DNA from: Okeania sp.
GTDB lineage: Bacteria > Cyanobacteriota > Cyanobacteriia > Cyanobacteriales > Microcoleaceae
Direction: 5' to 3'
DNA: 32,000 bases
NCBI RefSeq assembly: GCF_035285525.1
Contig: NZ_JAYKGW010000244.1
Span: 1-32,000 of the forward strand
Shown one piece after another: positions 27,353 to 32,000 of this stretch; the first letter of the stretch is position 1, and each line of letters starts with the position of its first letter. The notes under the pieces were generated by a model. It ran no database searches, had not been told where the DNA came from, and was given only the letters and a program-made list of their open reading frames with translations. The translations under genes were made by a program, and so were the position numbers.

Positions 27353-27808
27353 AACTACATTAATAATATTTTAGATGGTATTTAGAATTAGTTTCCTCCT
27401 ACTTTATACTCAGAGTTTAACTAATTTAATTGTTCAAGTTTAAAATGAATAGCTTGGTAAGCATTTCCTGGGTCATGCTGCGCAAACAGCCTTTAGCTAA
27501 AAGCGATCAGCTATTGGTTTTAGTGAGTAACCCAAAGCTTTATTAATTGAGCTAGAATAGTTGGGCTATAAAAATCAGTTCCACAGTCTATATTCATTTA
27601 AACCTCGTCCTTAAGTATAGGGTACTATTGCTGTTAACGTTTCGCTGCGCGACATGAATGCGTAGCATGACCTAGGAAAGTTCCGACCCACGAGGCTAGC
27701 TGATGGCTAATAACTGAATGCTTGGATAGCTTCTTCAATTATTTAAACTTTTTGTCTCCTTTTTTCATTGATTTTTTCTGGAAATTAAAACTGATTAAAA
27801 GCAGTTTT

Positions 27809-28753
27809 CTAGTTAGCTTTAGCAACCTTTTCTCTTGGTAAAGTTATTCCCAAGCGTTTTTGTAAAGCTTCTATCACTTCATCAGCAGACTTCTGACCAA
27901 AGTTCTTAATTTCTAACAAATCTTCTTGACTATAATCAAGTAAATCTGCAACGGAATTAATTTGCGCTCTTTTCAGACAATTATAAGCACGAACCGATAG
28001 CTGTAATTCTTCTATAGGAATTTGACTTGTTGGGTCTGTCGGTTCTCCTGATGGAGCGTCTGTCATATTAGTGATATCTTTCAGTGGTTCAAACAAACTC
28101 ATTAAGATACCAGCAGCATTACTCAACGCATCTTGAGGAGTATAACTGCCATTAGTCCAAATATCTATAATTAGCCTGTCTTGTCGTAAAGAACCACCCA
28201 CAAGAGCATCCTCAACAGTATAATTAACCTTACGAACTGGCATAAAAATGGCATCTATTTGCAGAAAATCTAGAGCAGTAATATCATCACGACTACGATT
28301 TACAGCTCTATAACCAGTTCCTTTTTCAATTCTAAACTCCATCTCCAGAACCGAACCTGGAGATAAAGTAGCGATATATTGACTACGATCAATAACTTCA
28401 ACCTCTGAAGGTACATCAAATCGATCAGCAGTTACAGTCGCAGGCCCTTCCATCCTTAATCTCCCAATTTGTGGTTGACTAGAATGACTTTTCAGAACCA
28501 CCTCTTTCATGTTCAGTAAAATTTCTAGGACATCCTCTCTTACCCCCTTAATAGTGGCAAATTCGTGATTAACTCCCGCTATCCTAACTGATGTAACTGC
28601 TGTTCCTTCTAAATTAGCTAGAAGAACCCGCCTCAGAGCATTTCCTACTGTTGTACCTTGACCACGAGCTAGTGGTTCTATCACAAACTTTCCATACTGA
28701 CTCCGATCTTTGTCCGTTCTGGACTCTACACACTCGTAATGAAATTGCGCCAC
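27809..28753 (-). CDS. rpoA: DNA-directed RNA polymerase alpha subunit
   Basis: The track ORF runs to the ATG at 28774. I prefer the GTG at 28751-28753 (giving MAQFHYECVES..), which is preceded by GGGAGG and matches the usual cyanobacterial RpoA N-terminus (AQF..EC). The C-terminal domain reads ELQLSVRAYNCLKRAQINSV.DLL. Confidence 0.95.
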   Translation of the reverse strand: MAQFHYECVESRTDKDRSQYGKFVIEPLARGQGTTVGNALRRVLLANLEGTAVTSVRIAGVNHEFATIKGVREDVLEILLNMKEVVLKSHSSQPQIGRLRMEGPATVTADRFDVPSEVEVIDRSQYIATLSPGSVLEMEFRIEKGTGYRAVNRSRDDITALDFLQIDAIFMPVRKVNYTVEDALVGGSLRQDRLIIDIWTNGSYTPQDALSNAAGILMSLFEPLKDITNMTDAPSGEPTDPTSQIPIEELQLSVRAYNCLKRAQINSVADLLDYSQEDLLEIKNFGQKSADEVIEALQKRLGITLPREKVAKAN

Positions 28754-28798
28754 TGAGTAACCTCCCTTCTCCATAAACCCTAGAGTTAATAATTTCGA

Positions 28799-29194
28799 TT
28801 AGACTCTACGCCGTTTTGGGGCACGGCAACCATTATGAGGAATTGGGGTAATATCTCGAATTAATGTTATTTCTAGCCCCGCCCCCTGTAAAGCTCTAAT
28901 TGCTGTTTCTCTTCCTGCCCCTGGACCACTTACCATTACTTGAACCTGGCGCATTCCTTGATCGTTAGCTCGGCGTGCGGCGCTTTCTGCTGCTGTTTGG
29001 GCGGCAAAGGGGGTTCCTTTTTTCGCCCCTTTGAAACCACTGGAACCTGCTGATGCCCAAGAAATTACTTCACCGTTTTGGTCAGCAATGGTTACAATTG
29101 TGTTATTGAAGGTGGAAGTGATGTAAGCCACTCCACTGGGCACATTCTTTTTTTGCTTTTTTGGACCTGATTTTTTAGTTGGTTGTCGTGCCAT
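28799..29194 (-). CDS. rpsK: 30S ribosomal protein S11
   Basis: 131 aa; [15 protein letters not shown].....SAG..GFKGA.K.TPFAAQ.AA. Confidence 0.97.
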   Translation of the reverse strand: MARQPTKKSGPKKQKKNVPSGVAYITSTFNNTIVTIADQNGEVISWASAGSSGFKGAKKGTPFAAQTAAESAARRANDQGMRQVQVMVSGPGAGRETAIRALQGAGLEITLIRDITPIPHNGCRAPKRRRV

Positions 29195-29948
29195 ATTTTT
29201 TTATGAGTGGAATATCTAGTTAATAATCTACTTTGAGCAACAAGCTGGTAGATTAAGTTCTAATCTCATCAGATTTTTTGTTCAGTATCCTGAAATTTTT
29301 GTTTTTTAGAATCTTAGGGATTAGAAATATTTCTATTGGTTAGAAATGAGGGTGAAATTAGGTTTATAGCAATTCCCGTTGTTATGAGGTAAATTTATCA
29401 TCCTCCTAAATCCCCCTTTGAAAGGGGGAGTTTGATTTTTTTATCCCTCCTTTCCAAGGAAGCAAGGGGGATTTTTTATGTTAAAGAACTGCTATATCAA
29501 AATTATTATAAAGATAATAATGTTAATCAACCTTATTTCTTTTTAGGTGCATAAATTGTAGAACTAATTCTACAATTTTTACCAAACCTAAAATAGCTAA
29601 GATTTTAGTCTGCTTCTTGGTTAATTTTCCTGACTTACGAAATCTATAAAGTTGACGAGTCAGAAATTTTTATCTTATGCAGAATAGCTGTACCTTTATC
29701 AGAATAATTGACTCTTCAAGTTGGCAATTTCATTCAATTAAGCTCATATCAATCTGAATGAGTTATCTTAACTATTTTTCCTTAAAGATGAATCTAAGAC
29801 CAGGAAATGTTTTTCTAACTGTTCCCTGTTCCCTGTTCCCCAATTAATTTCAATTATTCATAATATTAGTTCGTTAGTCTGGCTCTGGATTGACAGTATA
29901 AATATTTGTAGTCAATTAAACTATATACAATTCAGACTCAGCCAACTT

Positions 29949-30332
29949 TTACTTCTTAGCAGCAGCTTTCTTCTTACCAGCTACAGTTCGACGTACACCC
30001 CTACGAGTTCTAGCATTGGTGCGAGTTCGTTGTCCTCTAACTGGTAAACCCATTCTGTGTCGGCGACCTCGATAACAACCAATATCCATCAATCGCTTGA
30101 TGCTCATGGCTTCTAATCTTCTGAGGTCTCCTTCCACTTCATAGTTTTCTTGGACTTCAGCCCGAAGTGTTGCTATTTCCTGGTCACTTAAATCTTTGAC
30201 ACGGGTATCAGGATTTACTCCTGTTTCAGCTAAAATATCTTGGGACCGAGATAGTCCTATGCCATAAATGTATGTCAGACCAATTTCTATACGCTTATCG
30301 CGTGGGAGGTCTACCCCAGCAATTCTTGCCAC
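29949..30332 (-). CDS. rpsM: 30S ribosomal protein S13
   Basis: 127 aa; [25 protein letters not shown]...[22 protein letters not shown]. Confidence 0.97.
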   Translation of the reverse strand: MARIAGVDLPRDKRIEIGLTYIYGIGLSRSQDILAETGVNPDTRVKDLSDQEIATLRAEVQENYEVEGDLRRLEAMSIKRLMDIGCYRGRRHRMGLPVRGQRTRTNARTRRGVRRTVAGKKKAAAKK

Positions 30333-30525
30333 TTTAGTTTTTCTCCCTCAGCTTTAGATAGAATTTACATATTTCTTGATGAGTATGCAGTAAATATAGC
30401 GCTAGGCGCAAGTAAAAAGACAAAATTATCAAGTTATCTCTGACTAAATTTCAGTGCTTAGAAATAGAAATCTCCTGATTTTGGCTTTGACTGCTATACT
30501 CTAATTTTGATGTCTAATAATATGT

Positions 30526-30639
30526 CTAACCTTGACGTTGTTTGTGTTTGGGGTTAGTACATATCACCATTACTCGCCCTCGGCGACGAATGACACGACA
30601 CTTCTCACAAATTTTTTTAACGGATGCTCTAACTTTCAT
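30526..30639 (-). CDS. rpmJ: 50S ribosomal protein L36 (absent from the ORF track because it is short)
   Basis: The minus-strand ATG at 30637-30639 gives [37 protein letters not shown], then TAG (30526-30528); 37 aa, the canonical L36 sequence. The track ORF 30532..30738 (+) is its antisense shadow. Confidence 0.95.
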   Translation of the reverse strand: MKVRASVKKICEKCRVIRRRGRVMVICTNPKHKQRQG

Positions 30640-30750
30640 GCCTTTTTTGGCAACACTACAAATTTTATATTATATCACTTTAGATATATTTTCTGCAAAT
30701 ATATCAACCCTAGAGTAAATTGGCAAAAATTTAAGTAAATTTAATATTTT

Positions 30751-30975
30751 CTACTTTTTCCGAAGTCGATAAGTAATTCGGCCTTTTGTCAAATCGTAGG
30801 GGGTTAATTCTACCTTGACTCGATCGCCTGGTAGGATTTTGATGTAGTTGCGACGGATTTTACCGGAAATATGGGCTAATACATTAAACCCATTATCCAA
30901 ATCTACCCTGAACATAGCATTAGGTAGGGATTCCGTCACTGTTCCCTCCATTTCTATGAGATCTTGTTTAGACAA
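30751..30975 (-). CDS. infA: Translation initiation factor IF-1
   Basis: 74 aa; [19 protein letters not shown]...[31 protein letters not shown]. Confidence 0.97.
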
Positions 30976-31144
30976 ATTTTAATAACCTCAATCCTGCAAG
31001 TAAGCAATTTTAGTTGGTAATTATTCTAAAATTATTTCAGATAATTCCCTTAACATATTTTATCAAAAATTTTTAATTTTTAAGAGGTTATTTAGGTGGC
31101 ACAAGTCCAATCTAATTGGAGCTATGAACAGTTAAATTTTTTTT

Positions 31145-31240
31145 AGGACTTTACAGAAACCGGGTTGATCGAGGAAATTTTCTGACTTGAGAAATAATAA
31201 CAAGATAAACTCGGTTTCTGGTTTAGGTGAGTAAGTTCTG
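31145..31240. mobile_element. Degenerate family-A MITE between infA and adk
   Basis: AGGACTTTACAGAAACCGGGTTGATC...AAACTCGGTTTCTGGTTTAGGTGAGTAAGTTCTG. Confidence 0.6.
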
Positions 31241-31269
31241 TTTTCCTCAAAATCTAATTCCAAGTTAGT

Positions 31270-31851
31270 TTAGATTAATTTATCAATAGTTTGTTTCAAA
31301 GAATTAGTCACCACATCAACTGACTGATTTCCATCTACAGTAACTAACTGTTGACGTGCTTGATAAAACTCTATCAAAGGTTGTGTTTGTTGATAATAAA
31401 CCTGTAAACGATTTTTAATAGTTTCTTGATTATCATCTTGACGCCCCCTTGATAATAAACGAGTTACTAAAATATCATCTGGAACTTCCAAATTAATGAC
31501 TTGAAAAGAATTACTTTCAGTCTCATTTTCAGTTGAACTTCCAGATAAAAGCTTTTTAGCAAACTCTTCTGCTTGAGTCACAGTCCGAGGAAAACCATCT
31601 AAAATCCAACCATTCTCCGCATCAGGGTGTTCCAATCTTTTTTGAACCATATCCAGGATGAGTTGGTCTGGGACTAAATCTCCTTTATCCATATACTCTT
31701 TAGCCTGAATACCTAAAGGAGATTCTTCTTTGACGTTACTGCGTAAAATATCACCCGTAGAAATATGAGGAACTTGGTACAAATCTGCTACTAGAGATGC
31801 TTGCGTTCCTTTCCCTGCCCCTGGTGGCCCCAAGAATACCAATCTTACCAC
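31270..31851 (-). CDS. adk: Adenylate kinase (short-lid type)
   Basis: 193 aa with the P-loop LGPPGAGKGTQ, plus GDILR, LILDGFPRT and RGR.DDN. The GTG start (31849-31851) overlaps the secY stop by 1 nt (TAGTG). Confidence 0.95.
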   Translation of the reverse strand: MVRLVFLGPPGAGKGTQASLVADLYQVPHISTGDILRSNVKEESPLGIQAKEYMDKGDLVPDQLILDMVQKRLEHPDAENGWILDGFPRTVTQAEEFAKKLLSGSSTENETESNSFQVINLEVPDDILVTRLLSRGRQDDNQETIKNRLQVYYQQTQPLIEFYQARQQLVTVDGNQSVDVVTNSLKQTIDKLI

Positions 31852-32000
31852 TATTCCTTCACCATTCCTTCGTATCTTTGGGAGATAACATAAGTTTGAA
31901 TTTGTTTCGCTGTATCAATAGCCACACCTACTAAAATCAATAGAGAAGTAGCTCCTAAACCCCTAAATGTCGGTACACGAGTGGCACTTTCTACAGCAGT
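31851..32000 (-). CDS. secY: Preprotein translocase SecY, C-terminal 49 codons (partial, continues right of the window)
   Basis: The minus-strand frame from 32000 reads [49 protein letters not shown], then TAG (31851-31853). This is the conserved SecY C-terminus in the expected position upstream of adk. Confidence 0.9.
   Translation of the reverse strand, partial: TAVESATRVPTFRGLGATSLLILVGVAIDTAKQIQTYVISQRYEGMVKE

Noticed and set aside
30532-30738. Plus-strand 68-aa ORF
   Set aside because: The minus strand here encodes canonical ribosomal protein L36 (30526..30639). The plus ORF is its antisense shadow.

Overview
AT-rich cyanobacterial chromosome segment, probably from a heterocystous Nostocales-type genome. 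Support for that origin: ten exact HIP1 octamers (GCGATCGC), STRR-like hepta/octamer arrays, an xisI remnant, a pentapeptide-repeat gene and the cyanobacterial secY-adk-infA-rpmJ-rpsM-rpsK-rpoA-rplQ-truA-rplM-rpsI-rpmE-prfA gene order. The window falls into three blocks. (i) 1-7.6 kb is accessory. It holds a tandemly duplicated hairpin MITE, an xisI pseudogene, a Uma2-family nuclease gene and two tandem paralogous genes for large repeat proteins (860 and 1046 aa). These two proteins share an uncharacterised ~200-aa N-terminal module, PPC-like beta-sandwich repeats, Calx-beta repeats and a C-terminal PPC-like domain. (ii) 7.9-17.8 kb, all on the minus strand, is a mycosporine-like amino acid (MAA) cluster. 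It encodes mysA (DHQS-like sugar-phosphate cyclase), mysB (O-methyltransferase), mysC (ATP-grasp) and mysD (D-Ala-D-Ala-ligase-like). An SSS-family Na+/solute symporter and a DMT/EamA transporter sit between mysC and mysD, and most spacers carry MITE-like repeats. (iii) 20.7-32 kb is core translation machinery in conserved order, but with unusually long, repeat-filled intergenic spacers. rpmJ and the secY 3' end are real genes missing from the ORF track. I recognised no tRNA, rRNA or CRISPR array. The best candidates for new biology are the transporter pair embedded in the MAA cluster and the tandem exoprotein-like paralogs with their unassigned N-terminal module. No claim was tested by database search; all similarity statements are by-eye motif recognition.
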